DNA of 64,000 bases from an uncultured Planctomycetota bacterium (GTDB taxonomy: Bacteria > Planctomycetota > Planctomycetia > Gemmatales > Gemmataceae), in assembly GCA_963784995.1 (NCBI GenBank), contig CAWATZ010000006.1, positions 328,853 to 392,852 on the forward strand, in the 5' to 3' direction. The stretch's first letter is position 1. Every line of letters starts with the position of its first letter. The notes under the pieces were generated by a model. It was given only the letters and a program-made list of their open reading frames with translations, was not told the DNA's origin and searched no databases. The translations under genes and the position numbers were made by a program. Positions 30,841-41,400 of this stretch are shown here, piece by piece.

Positions 30841-32667
30841 TCAATTCGGTGGCAGCACTCCCGGCGTGGTGGGCGTGTTCGACGTGTCCGGGGCCGCATC
30901 GGAGTAGATGCGCGTCGCCTCCATCTTGATGACCGGCTCCTGCAAGTTGGTGCTGGTCATCTGCAGCTTGAAGCGAACCGTGCCCGGCTCCAGGGCCTTG
31001 ACGTGGATACGGAAGATGCCGTCCGCCTTCGGGGCCAGTTTCTCGATCGGATCAAAGATGATGAGCTTGCCTTCGGGGTGGTACTTGACCGGACCCTGGG
31101 CGCTCTTGAACTCCATCTTGTCCGGCACCGTGGCCACCAGCTTGATGTCGGTTTCCGTTTGCGAGCCGGTGTTGGTGACGTGGAACTCGTAGCCGGTGTC
31201 GCCGCCGACCTCGATCGGGTCCTCCGTATCGACCATTTCCAGCAGCAGGGCGGACAGACCCTCGACGCGGGTGGTGAACTCGGCCTCGGCGCTCAGGCCG
31301 CGGGCGCCGCTGACCCGGGCCTTGTGCTTGAAGGTGCCAAGGGCAATCGCCTGGGTCTCGAACTTGACCTCCTTGGCCTGGCCGGCGCCGATCTCGCCCA
31401 GGAACCACGACACGGTCCGAATGTTGTAGTCGTGCCGGCCGCCATCGCTGGCCGCCAGCACCTTGAAGCCTTCGGGGACCACGTCGGAGACGGTGACGTT
31501 GGTGGCCGGAGCATTGCCCGGGTTGGTGACTTTCAGCGTGTACAGGGCCTTGCGATCCAGGTATTTCAAACCGGGACCGTGCATGGTCAGGTCCAGACGC
31601 GGCATGATCACGGTGGTCTTGACCGAGTCCTGAGCCGTCAGTCCGCCGTCGGCCTTGGCAACGGCATCGACCGACTCGACACCGCCGTTCTTGCCTATGG
31701 CCAGGCACAGGAGCTGAACGCTGCGGGTCTCGCCGGCGGCCAGGTTGCCGATCTCGAAGATGCGCACGCGGTCGCTGGAGCCATCGCTGTTGGCCTTGGG
31801 GGCTTCCAGACCGGCGCTGAGGGTGGTCTCGATCTTGACCCGGTCGGCCGAGCCGTCGCCGGGGTTGGAGACCGTCAGCGTGAAGCTGGCGGTGTCCCCG
31901 ACCAGGACTTCCTTGGCGGTGCTGGCCTTGAGGGTCAGCTTGGGCTCGCGAATGCGGATGCGCGTCACGGCCGAGCCGGTGAAGGTGACCCAGGCCTGGG
32001 GCATGACGTCACCCTTGGTGTTGGCCTGCAACTTCATCTGCAGGTTCTTGTCCTGCCGGGCCATCAGGGTGCCCAGTTCCCACATGAGGACGTTGTTTTC
32101 CTGAATCGACTTCGGTTCGGTGACGCCGATCGTCATGCCCTGGGGAATGCGGACTCGGACCAGCACCTGCTGCACCGGGATGTTGCTGGTATTGCGCACC
32201 ACCAGGGAGTAGTCGGCAGCCTGGCCCACCTTGGCGTTGGGCGGCCCGATCCACTCCATGCTCACCGAGGGCTCCTGGCGGCCCGTGGGGCCTTCTCCCA
32301 TCACCCCGGGGTCAATCACCCTGTCTTCCCCTTGACTGAACTTGATGGGCTGAGGGAGATCTCGATCCCGCGAACGGACCCCGCCCGGCCCACTTCCCGG
32401 GGGGGCCTCCGCTGAGTTCGGTGTCACCGGTTGTCCCCCGAGACCGGGCATGGTGCCGGGTGCCGGGGTACTGCCAGGGTCAACGGGTTGCACCAGTTGG
32501 GCTCCCGGGACAACCGGCGGTCCCAGCGTGCCGCTGGGGCCGGGAGCTTCTGGCTCCGGGCTCGCGGGCGGATAGGAGCCGGAGGGCTGGGCCAGAGCCA
32601 GGGCAACCAAGCCGATCAGGCAGGCCCCCAGCACGCCGAGCCCCGTCATCAGGTAACGGACGCGCAT
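30841..32667 (-). CDS. DUF11 (conserved repeat domain) cell-surface protein, secreted
   Basis: Signal peptide; repeated motifs of the form TLKVTNPGNAPATNVTVSDVVPEGF and FTLTVSNPGDGSADRVKIETTL. Confidence 0.75.
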   Translation of the reverse strand: MRVRYLMTGLGVLGACLIGLVALALAQPSGSYPPASPEPEAPGPSGTLGPPVVPGAQLVQPVDPGSTPAPGTMPGLGGQPVTPNSAEAPPGSGPGGVRSRDRDLPQPIKFSQGEDRVIDPGVMGEGPTGRQEPSVSMEWIGPPNAKVGQAADYSLVVRNTSNIPVQQVLVRVRIPQGMTIGVTEPKSIQENNVLMWELGTLMARQDKNLQMKLQANTKGDVMPQAWVTFTGSAVTRIRIREPKLTLKASTAKEVLVGDTASFTLTVSNPGDGSADRVKIETTLSAGLEAPKANSDGSSDRVRIFEIGNLAAGETRSVQLLCLAIGKNGGVESVDAVAKADGGLTAQDSVKTTVIMPRLDLTMHGPGLKYLDRKALYTLKVTNPGNAPATNVTVSDVVPEGFKVLAASDGGRHDYNIRTVSWFLGEIGAGQAKEVKFETQAIALGTFKHKARVSGARGLSAEAEFTTRVEGLSALLLEMVDTEDPIEVGGDTGYEFHVTNTGSQTETDIKLVATVPDKMEFKSAQGPVKYHPEGKLIIFDPIEKLAPKADGIFRIHVKALEPGTVRFKLQMTSTNLQEPVIKMEATRIYSDAAPDTSNTPTTPGVLPPN

Positions 32668-33042
32668 TTCTTCCCCTCTTCACCTGGGACTGGAACTGTT
32701 CGATTGCTCCCCGCAGAGCAAGATCGACCTTCACAAGAAGGCCGGCACTATAGCGTGGTCTCTTTCCGGGTCAAGGGGGAATTCGCTGAAAAACGGTCTC
32801 GAACCAACCACCTCCGTCTTGGCCAGGTGTTCCCGGGGATGGGCTCCGTTTCTGGTTGGAGGCCGAGAAACAACTCGGCTAGCCGCTGCTCCCGCTATCG
32901 TCCGCTGCCGGCGGACGATCTCATGGTTGTCCTTTTTTTCGTGACACAAGGAGCGCAGGAACGTTCTTCATCAAATCTTGTTTTGCCATTGCCGGCGATT
33001 CCTGAATAATAAGCTCTTTTCTCAATCCCCCGGGAGACAACC

Positions 33043-35595
33043 ATGCGCGCTTCCACGTTCCTCGTGTTGCTGCTCGCCCTTCCGCTGACCGCTGTAGGGA
33101 ACGCCCTCCGTGGCGTTCCGCCGACAATCCCCGGCCCCACCAAGGAGGGGTTCCTTCTGCCCAACGGCTGGCATCTCACTCCGGTCGGCAAGCACCTCGT
33201 CACCACCGACCTGCCGCTGAACATCCTCCCGCTGGCGGACAACAAGCACGTGCTGGTGGCCAGCAGCGGGTTCAATGCCCACGACCTGATGCTGATCGAC
33301 GTCACGCGAGAGCCGAAGCTGGTTGCCAGGATGACCCAGCGGCAGAGCTGGTACGGGCTGGCCACCGACCCTGCCCAGAAGAAGGTGTGGTGGAGCGGCG
33401 GCGGGCAGAACACCCTCCACGTCTTCGACCTGGCCGGCGCCAAGCTGACCGGCGTCACCAAGGCCGACCCGAACGTCAGCAAACAGGACCCGAAGGACCT
33501 GGAGAAAGCGGCCCAGGAGATGGCGGCGGCGCCCGGGTTCAAGAGCGGGCTGGCCTTCCACGCCCAGTCCGGCACGCTGTTCTCCCTGGACATCCAGCAC
33601 AAGGTGGAAGGGAAGACGACGAAGGAAGGGCGGATCAACGCCATTCGCGTCGAGGACGGCGCCACCCGGACCGCAACGCTCGGCGGCCGGCCCTACGACG
33701 TGGTTGTCGGCCCCGGCGGCAACCAGCTGTTCGTGTCCGACTGGACCGGCCGGCAGGTCCTGGTGATCGACCCGAAGGAGCTGCGCGTGGTGAAGAAGAT
33801 CGGCGTCGGCGAACATCCCAACCAGATGGCCCTGCACAAGGATGGCCGACTGTTCGTCGCCTGCGCCAGCAGCAACAGTGTCAGCGTCATCGACACCAAA
33901 CGGGGCGTCGTGACGGAGACGATCTTCACCAGTCTGTTCCCCCGTGCCCCGGCCGGCAGCACCCCGGACGCGCTGGCGATCAGCCCGGACGGCGAATGGC
34001 TGTACGTGGCCAACGCGGACAACAACTGCATCGCCTGCATCGAGATCGAGGACGCCAAGAAGAGCCTGGTCCGCGGGTTCATCCCGACCGGCTGGTATCC
34101 GACCAGCGTGGCCGTGACGCCCGACGGCAAAAACATTCTGGTCGGCGTCGGCAAGGGGTTGCAGTCGAAGGCCAACCCGTTCTTCACCAAGGAACAGCTG
34201 GAGAAGCTGGAGAAGACGGCCACGCGGCGACTCATGCCCTACCCATACATCGGCACGACCCTGAGCGGCGCGCTGTCGGTCATCCCCAGGCCGAACAGAG
34301 AGAAGTTGGCAGAATACACGCAGCAGGTGTACCGGAACTGCCCGTACTCGGACGAGCAGCTGACCGCCGCCCCGCACCCGGTGAAGACCAGTATCCCGAC
34401 CAGGGTCGGCGACGAGTCCCCAATCAAGTACGTGATCTACGTCATCAAGGAGAACCGCACCTACGATCAGGTGTTCGGCGACCTGGCCGAGGGCAAGAAC
34501 CCGAAGGGCAACGGCGACCCGAAGCTGTGCATGTTCCCCCGCAAGGTGACGCCCAACCACCACAAACTGGCCGAGGAGTTCGTACTGCTGGACAACCTGT
34601 ATTGCAACGGTCAGGTGTCCCGCGACGGCCACCCGTGGAGCACGATGGCCTACCACACCGATTATGTGGCTCGCGACTGGCATCTGACGTACAGCCGCCG
34701 CAAAGGCGTCGAGGACGACGAGGAGGGCAAGCTGGAGAACGCCCCCGGCGGCTACCTCTGGGACGCCTGCGCCCGGGTCGGGCTCAGCTACCGCAGTTAC
34801 GGCGAGTACGGCAAGCGCGTGAGTGACGGCCAGGGGGGGCTGAAGATGGAAGGCCGGGTGCCGGGTCTCGTCGGCCACGTCTGCCAGGAGTACGGCATCG
34901 CCAAGGCGAAGGGCAGTCGGCCCCGCGACACCGACAACGTGGAGGTCTTCATCAAGGAATACGATGCGTTCGTCAAGGCCAGGACGATGCCGCGTTTCAT
35001 CGTCATGAGCCTGGGCGAGGACCACACCAACGGGACGCGCACCGGGTCGTACACCCCGCAGGCGTGCGTCGCCAGCAACGACCTGGCGCTGGGCAAGCTG
35101 GTCGAGCACGTGTCCAACGGCCCGCTGTGGAAGCAGACCGCCATCTTCATCATCGAGGACGACGCCCAGAATGGCCCGGACCACGTGGATGCCCACCGCA
35201 CGGTCGGCCTGGTGGTGTCGCCGTACACCAAGCGGAAGCACGTGGACAGCACCCAGTACGCCACCGTGTCGATGATCCGCACGATGGAGCTGATCCTCGG
35301 CCTGCCGCCGCTCAGCCAGTACGACGCCGCCGCCCGGCCGATGTTCAACTCCTTCACGGACAAGCTCGACGCCACTCCCTATAAACACACTCCGGCCGAG
35401 ATCGACCTCAACGCCAAGAACGCCAGGGACGCCTTCGGGGCGGAGCGGTCGAACAAGATGGACTTCAGCGACTACGACCGGGTGGACGACTTCGAGCTGA
35501 ATGAAATCCTCTGGTACGCGGTGATGGGTGAGAAGGCCCCGCAACCACCTGCCGTCCGCCGAGCCATCGCCTTCCGGTCGCAAGGGAAGGAGTAA
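33043..35595 (+). CDS. Secreted YVTN-type beta-propeller fused to a phosphoesterase-family (PLC/acid-phosphatase-like) domain
   Basis: Signal peptide; beta-propeller repeats (QLFVSDWTGRQVLVID, RLFVACASSNSVSVID, WLYVANADNNCIACIE); phosphoesterase hallmark YVIYVIKENRTYDQVFGDL and SLGEDHTNG. Confidence 0.8.
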   Translation: MRASTFLVLLLALPLTAVGNALRGVPPTIPGPTKEGFLLPNGWHLTPVGKHLVTTDLPLNILPLADNKHVLVASSGFNAHDLMLIDVTREPKLVARMTQRQSWYGLATDPAQKKVWWSGGGQNTLHVFDLAGAKLTGVTKADPNVSKQDPKDLEKAAQEMAAAPGFKSGLAFHAQSGTLFSLDIQHKVEGKTTKEGRINAIRVEDGATRTATLGGRPYDVVVGPGGNQLFVSDWTGRQVLVIDPKELRVVKKIGVGEHPNQMALHKDGRLFVACASSNSVSVIDTKRGVVTETIFTSLFPRAPAGSTPDALAISPDGEWLYVANADNNCIACIEIEDAKKSLVRGFIPTGWYPTSVAVTPDGKNILVGVGKGLQSKANPFFTKEQLEKLEKTATRRLMPYPYIGTTLSGALSVIPRPNREKLAEYTQQVYRNCPYSDEQLTAAPHPVKTSIPTRVGDESPIKYVIYVIKENRTYDQVFGDLAEGKNPKGNGDPKLCMFPRKVTPNHHKLAEEFVLLDNLYCNGQVSRDGHPWSTMAYHTDYVARDWHLTYSRRKGVEDDEEGKLENAPGGYLWDACARVGLSYRSYGEYGKRVSDGQGGLKMEGRVPGLVGHVCQEYGIAKAKGSRPRDTDNVEVFIKEYDAFVKARTMPRFIVMSLGEDHTNGTRTGSYTPQACVASNDLALGKLVEHVSNGPLWKQTAIFIIEDDAQNGPDHVDAHRTVGLVVSPYTKRKHVDSTQYATVSMIRTMELILGLPPLSQYDAAARPMFNSFTDKLDATPYKHTPAEIDLNAKNARDAFGAERSNKMDFSDYDRVDDFELNEILWYAVMGEKAPQPPAVRRAIAFRSQGKE

Positions 35596-35620
35596 GTCGA
35601 TCTCCTTATTGCCGATTTGG

Positions 35621-35790
35621 AGTGCGGCAGTAGCTTTGCTCTGCCGCTTTTGTTTCTCCTGTTTTTCTTTCTTCTTTTGGTCTTTGTTTCTTGTACTGTT
35701 GGTGGAACAAGGGAAAAGCCAAAAACAAAAGGCCAAACAAAAGCGGCAGAGCAAAGCTACTGCCGCACTCCAAAAAAGGGCAAATGTCGA
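35621..35790. repeat. AT-rich inverted repeat (39-bp perfect outer stem ttggagtgcggcagtagctttgctctgccgcttttgttt, then a CTT-rich arm and its GAA-rich complement) between convergent genes
   Basis: Read directly; low GC content; composition is analogous to 9232-9446. Confidence 0.6.
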
Positions 35791-35792
35791 AC

Positions 35793-36161
35793 TCAGTAGC
35801 CCTGGTTCTTCAGCAGGACCAGGCAGTCGTTCAGCATCTTCTCGACGTCGCTGCGGGTCGAGTCACGGAGAGGTCCAGCCAAGGCGGCGGAAAACAGGGT
35901 AGCAGCCCGGCTGAGGTCGCCGGCCTTCTGGAAACAGGAAGCCGCGCTGATGCGATGTACCGCGGCCTCCAAACTCTCTCCGTGGGCATCCAGCAGCGCG
36001 GCGATTCGCTCCTCGTAGGAGGCGGCGGACGCCCACACCAGCTGGGCGGTTTCCGCCAGGCCCATCGTCGTCAGCGCCTGCGCCTTGGAGAGAATCTCCG
36101 TTTTCTGAGTCAGCAGCTCTTCAATTTGCCGGCGAGACGCCCCGGGCTTCGGTTTCGCCAC
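35793..36161 (-). CDS. Hypothetical protein (122 aa)
   Basis: Clean ORF; no motif recognised. Confidence 0.4.
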   Translation of the reverse strand: MAKPKPGASRRQIEELLTQKTEILSKAQALTTMGLAETAQLVWASAASYEERIAALLDAHGESLEAAVHRISAASCFQKAGDLSRAATLFSAALAGPLRDSTRSDVEKMLNDCLVLLKNQGY

Positions 36162-36227
36162 GTTCGGCCTCCGGAAAAGAAGCTCCTGCTCCCGCTCGTT
36201 GGGGCGCTCGGCACGATCGAAGCGGGA

Positions 36228-36802
36228 TCAAGGTGCCGGCACAAAGAACAGTTCCGCAACTCGGAAGCGCAGATCGGGGAAGGCTGGGGCGCCCGTGATG
36301 TCGTCGTTCTCCTCCAGCACTTGCGGCAGCTGGTTCGGCAGGAGCACGGTCGCGGTGCGGTTCTCCGGATCAATGACCCAGACGACCGCGACGCCGCGCT
36401 GGAGGAATTCGGTCACCCGGCGCAGCACCTTGCCCCAGTTATCATTGGGAGACAGAACCTCGACGGCGAGCTGCGGCACTTCCTCACTGTACTTGCGTGG
36501 AGTTGGTCGTAAGGCTGTGACTGGTCGTACAGGAACACGTCGGGGCCGCGCACGGTGTCCGGGTTACGCTCCAGCACCAGGCCAGTATCGTTGGCGCAAA
36601 CGCGACCCTTGCGGCGCTGGCGGAGGTAGGCGCCGAGCAAGTAGTTGACGTTATGGCAAACGACGCCGTGCCGGTCCCCCGGACGAGACATTTCGACCAC
36701 CTTTCCGCGTTCGAGTTCAAAGTGCCGGTCGCGATTCTCGGGGCGGTGACACCATTCGTAGAACTCGTCTGCGGTTAGCGGCCGCGTCGAGACGGTGGAC
36801 AT
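36228..36802 (-). CDS. Uma2-family (DUF820) endonuclease; apparent frameshift ~36480-36500
   Basis: N-terminal ORF: PLTADEFYEW…HFELERGKVVEMSRPGDRHGVV…DVFLY. C-terminal ORF: PQLAVEVLSPNDNWGKVLRRVTEFLQRGVAVVWVIDPENRTATVL. The two overlap in different frames. Confidence 0.65.
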
Positions 36803-36877
36803 GTTGTTGGTTCCCTCCGTGTGTGGACGCTGGACAATCTTTTCCGCTTCCAATCGATAGCAACGACTGGCTTGGTT

Positions 36878-37560
36878 CTACCTGGCCTTCTGGAGCTGCT
36901 GGAGGGCGTACTCCACGATGCGCCGAACCGACGGGGGCGAGTTGGGGAGCAACCCACGAAGGTGGGAAATTGCCCGCCGATCACCGTAGTAGCCCATGCG
37001 CTTGCGGCCGAACACTTTACTTGTTCATCGGAATCGTCGAGAGCCAGCACCAAACTGGCGAACACGTCCTCTCGGTCTTTGAAACTGGTGAGCGAGCCGA
37101 TTGCAGCAGAGCGGACGCACGGACCCGGATCATTCAAGAGCGCCAGCAACGGTTCCGGAGTAAGTGCTTGCGCCGCGAACCCCCATAGCCAGGCTGCGTC
37201 GGACCGCTGGCGTTCCGAAGGCTCTCGGATCATCCGAAGCAATGCCGGCGTGGCCTCCTCGGGGTTGGCCCAGACCAGACCCGTAACCAGTGCGGCCAGT
37301 CCATCGTTGTCATGTCCCTCTTCCTCGCCGAGTTGCAGAGCGTGCAGCAGCTGTGGTAACGCCCCCAAACCTTCGAGACGAGCAATTGGAACTGCTGCAG
37401 CCTCGCGAATGAAGAAATCTCTACCCTCAGCAAGGAGCTGGTGAAGGCGCGGCAGCCAGGATTCGTCGGCCGCTTTGTCGAGTGCCTCACAAGCTGCGAC
37501 GGCGCGGTTGACTTCCTCGACGTTGTGCAGGTCAGCCAGGATGCGATTCCACTCGGACAT
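36878..37560 (-). CDS. HEAT-repeat protein (frameshift ~37010)
   Basis: HEAT-like repeats (LPRLHQLLAEG…; ALLALLNDPGPCVRSAAIGSL). After DDSDEQ the repeat continues in the +1 frame (…MGYYGDRRAISHLRGLLPNSPPSVRRIVEYALQQLQKAR*), ending at 36878. Confidence 0.6.
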
Positions 37561-37643
37561 CGACGCACCATTTCGCCGTGAAACTCGTAGTCAACCGGCT
37601 GGCTGACTCTCCCGGTATCTGCTGCCGATTCGGGCGCGGTTGG

Positions 37644-37898
37644 CTATTTCGAGATCCCAGCAGGGTGGCCGCCCTCGGTTGCGGCTACTGGTTCGCCAGT
37701 CCCCATGCTCTCGATTGGAAGAAATGACAGATAGTCTCGGACCTCAAGTTGCATGCGGTCCACTTCAGCCAGGAATCCGGAAGCGGCTGCGCGGTAGTTC
37801 ACCGGGTTGGTCTCTGTCCTCCGGAGCTGAGCGATTTGTTGCTGGAACCAGGCGATGCGTTCCAGAGTCGTTTGCAGCTCCTGGTCGTTGGCGATCAT
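37644..37898 (-). CDS. Small hypothetical helical protein (85 aa)
   Basis: ORF from MIANDQELQTTLERIAWFQQQIAQLRR…; no HEPN Rx4-6H motif. Confidence 0.35.
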   Translation of the reverse strand: MIANDQELQTTLERIAWFQQQIAQLRRTETNPVNYRAAASGFLAEVDRMQLEVRDYLSFLPIESMGTGEPVAATEGGHPAGISK

Positions 37899-37965
37899 GA
37901 TTCCTCCCCCACAATCTCGACAATGCCACGCTGGCCGCCTTCGCGCCTTATCTGCCAATACTCTA

Positions 37966-38342
37966 TCATAGCCTGCTCCCCACCAAGCCCCGAGCACGCT
38001 TTGTCCAGAAGATGCTCGCTCCAAAATGAGCATCCGCTTCCATGTGCCGAAACACCAAAGCAGCCTCACCCTTCACGGTCGTCAAGTCGAAAGTGTCCTC
38101 CATGAGGAGGACGATGTCAACGTCTTTCGGTTCAGCCTTGGCAGTGACGAACGAACCAAACACGACGAAACGCGCCAGTTGTCCGGTGGAGGTCACAAGC
38201 TGGTAAATGCGATGCAGCCTGCCGGCAACGGTACGGCGCGCTGAATCGTTCCTTGACCGAAGCGTTCAAGAATACCAGAGAGTGTCGCACGATGCACGCC
38301 TGGAGGAAGATCTCCGTCTTCATTGAACGCAGGCAATGTCAC
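37966..38342 (-). CDS. Putative minimal nucleotidyltransferase-fold protein (GS…DxD); apparent frameshift ~38230; start codon uncertain
   Basis: …LPPGVHRATLSGILERFGQGTIQR | RTVAGRLHRIYQLVTSTGQLARFVVFGSFVTAKAEPKDVDIVLLMED… read across two frames. Confidence 0.4.
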
Positions 38343-38410
38343 TGGTGCCACGCTCGCAAGCTCTCCTCTGGGATCGTAGCGATTCCGCAGTCCCTTCCCC
38401 AGCACCCGCC

Positions 38411-41400
38411 TCACCGCGGCGGCTCCGTGTACCCATTCCCCCTGCCATCGCCCGGCCCATGGTGCCCCGGTTCGGGATGGTGCTGGATCGGCGCCGGGTG
38501 GTAGCTGTCCGTCGCCCCATCGTCCAACCCCATCATCGCCAGCCGCCGGTCGGCGAACCACTGGATCACGGAGTAGAACACCGGCGTCAGGAAGATGCCG
38601 AAGATGGTCACGCCCAGCATGCCCCAGAACACCGCCGTGCCCAGCGTCCGTCGCATCTCGGCACCGGCCCCCTCTGACAGCATCAGCGGCACCACGCCCA
38701 GGATGAACGCGAACGACGTCATGATGATCGGCCGCAACCGCAGCTGGCACGCCGACAGCGTCGCCTCCTTGCGCGGCATGCCCGTCTCACGCTGCGCCTT
38801 GGCGAACTCCACGATCAGGATGGCGTTCTTGCACGCCAGGCCCACCAGCACCAGGAAGCCGATCTGCGTGAAAATGTTGATGTCCATCCTGGCCATGACC
38901 ACACCACTGATGGCGCACAGCAGACACATCGGCACCACCAGGATCACGGCCAGCGGCAGCGACCAGCTTTCGTACTGCGCCGCCAGCACCAGGAAGACCA
39001 GCACCACGGCCAGCAGGAAGACCCAAGTGGCCGTGTTGCCCGTCGCCAGCTGCAAATAGGCCAGCTCGGTCCACTCCGTCCGCATCCCCTGCGGCAGGTC
39101 GGCGTTGGCCACGTCGAACAGCCGGTCGATCGCCTGGCCCGACGACGTGCCCGGGCCGGCGTCGGCGTAAATTGCCGCCGAGGCGTACATGTTGTAACGC
39201 ATCACCAGCACCGGGCCGCTCACGAACTTCACCTGCGTGAAGGCCGACAGCGGCACAAACTGACCCTGGTCGTTGCGCACCCGCAGATGCTTGATGTCCT
39301 CCACCGATTGGCGGAATTTCTCCAGGGCCTGGACGTTCACCTGCCAGGTCCGGCCGAAGCGGTTGAAATCGTTGATGTAATAGGCGCCCAGGTTGGCCTC
39401 CAGTGTCGTCCGCACGTCGTCGATCGAAACGCCGCGATCCTTGGCCTGGGCCCGATCGATGACCAGCTCCAGCCAGGGCGTGTCGGCCCGGAAGCTGGTG
39501 AACAGACCTTGCAGTTTCGCATCGTTCGAGCCTTCGTGGACCACGTCGTCGGCGCTCTTCTGCAGCATCGCCAGGGTGTTGTCGCCGGTGTCCTGCAAGA
39601 TGATCTTGAAGCCGCCCGCCGTGCCCAGGCCCTCCACCGGGGGGGCACCGAAGATGTTCACGATGGCATTGGGCACCTCGTCGTTGAACTGCTCCTCCAG
39701 CTTGGCCGCGATGTCGTCGGCCGACAGATTGGGACGATCCTCGAACTCCTCCAGCATCACGTACAACGCTCCAAAGTTGGAGGCGTTGGCATTGAGAAGG
39801 ATCGACTGGCCGGCGATGGCAACCGTGTGCTTGACACCCCTGGTATTCAGGGCCAGTTCCTCGATCTTCTTGACCACGGCCTGAGTCCGGGGCAGGGCGG
39901 CGGCGTCGGGCAGCTGGACGTTGACCAGCAGGAAGCCCTTGTCCTGCTGGGGAATGAAGCCGGTCGGCGTCGTCTGGAAACCGTACCAGGTCAGGTACAA
40001 GAGGCCGCCATAGAGCAGCAGCACCACGGCGCTGACCCGCAGCAGACCGCCCACCGAGCGGACGTAGGCGGTGGTCGAGAGATCGAAGCCCTTGTCGAAG
40101 CCGCGGAAGAACCAGCCCAGCAGGAAGTTGACCGGCTTCGACAGCAGCACGCCGATCCCCGTGGCCACCAGCACACCCAGCACGATCGGCCCCCACAGGC
40201 GCAGGGCGTCCAGCTGGGCCGTGGTCAGCTGTAGGATCGGTTCGGGGCCGGTCAGTTGCAGGGCCGACAGGGCCTCGCCGGCCCAGTGCCGGCCGATCTT
40301 GTGGCCCAGCCAGGCGCCCAGAGGCGGAAAGACAAACCACGGCATTGGCTCAAAGATGCCCTTGACCCGCCGCCGCAGCAGAATGGCCGACAGGGCCGGG
40401 CTGAGGGTCAGCGAGTTGAAGGCGGAGATCAGCGTCGAGACGGCGATGGTCACGGCGAACTGGCGGAAGAACTGGCCGACAATGCCGGTGATGAAGGCGC
40501 ACGGCACGAACACCGCCGCCAGCACCAGGCCAATGGCGATCACTGGGCCGGACACCTGCTCCATCGCCTTCAGACTCGCCTCCCGCGGCGACATGCCGTG
40601 TTCGATGTGATGCTCCACGGCTTCGACGACGACGATGGCGTCGTCCACCACGATGCCGATGGCCAGCACCAGGCCGAACAGCGTCAGGTTGTTCAGACTG
40701 AAGCCGATGGCGGCCATCACGGCGAAGGTGCCGACGATGGCCACGGGCACGGCGATCAGCGGGATCAGGGTGGAGCGCCAGTTTTGCAGGAACACCAGCA
40801 CCACCACGGCCACCAGCACGATGGCGTCAAAGAGCGTCTCGAACACCTCCCAGACCGATTCGCGGATGAACGGCGTGGTGTCGTAGACCACCCGGTAGTC
40901 GTAGCCGGGCGGAAAATACTCCTTCAGCTGCCGCATGCGCTTCTTGACACGCTCGGCCACGTCCATGGCGTTGGAGCCGGGCAGCTGGTAGACCGACAGG
41001 GCCACCGACGGCTTGCCGTCCATCGTGCAGGTCTGGTCGTACGACTGAGCGTCAAAAGCGACCTTGGCCACGTCCTTCACGTAGACCAGCGTGTTGCCGT
41101 CGTTGCGCAGCATGATGCGCTCGAACTGCTCGGGCGTCTCCAGCCGGCCCAAAGTGGTGATGATGTACTGCGACACCTGGCCCTTCGGCGTCGGCGGCTG
41201 GCCGATCTGACCGGCGGCCACCTGGATGTTCTGCTCGCTGACCTTGTTGATCACGTCCTGGGCGTTCAGACCGTAGGAGGACAGTTTCTGCGGGTCCAGC
41301 CACAGCCGCATGCTGTAGTTGCGCTGGCCGATGTAGGTGATGTCGCCGACGCCCGGCAGACGGGACAGCTCGTCGCGGATCTGAATAGTGGCATAGTTGG

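Noticed and set aside
31003-32415. 470-aa plus-strand ORF
   Set aside because: It is antisense to the DUF11 gene.
32775-32905. tRNA-like segment (ggttggttcgagacc on the minus strand)
   Set aside because: No cloverleaf could be built. There is no proper T-loop (GGTTCGAATCC), and no acceptor stem or D-arm.
33022-35754. 910-aa minus-strand ORF
   Set aside because: It is antisense to the beta-propeller/phosphoesterase gene, which has the hallmark YVIYVIKENRTYDQVFGDL. Long antisense ORFs are expected at this GC content.
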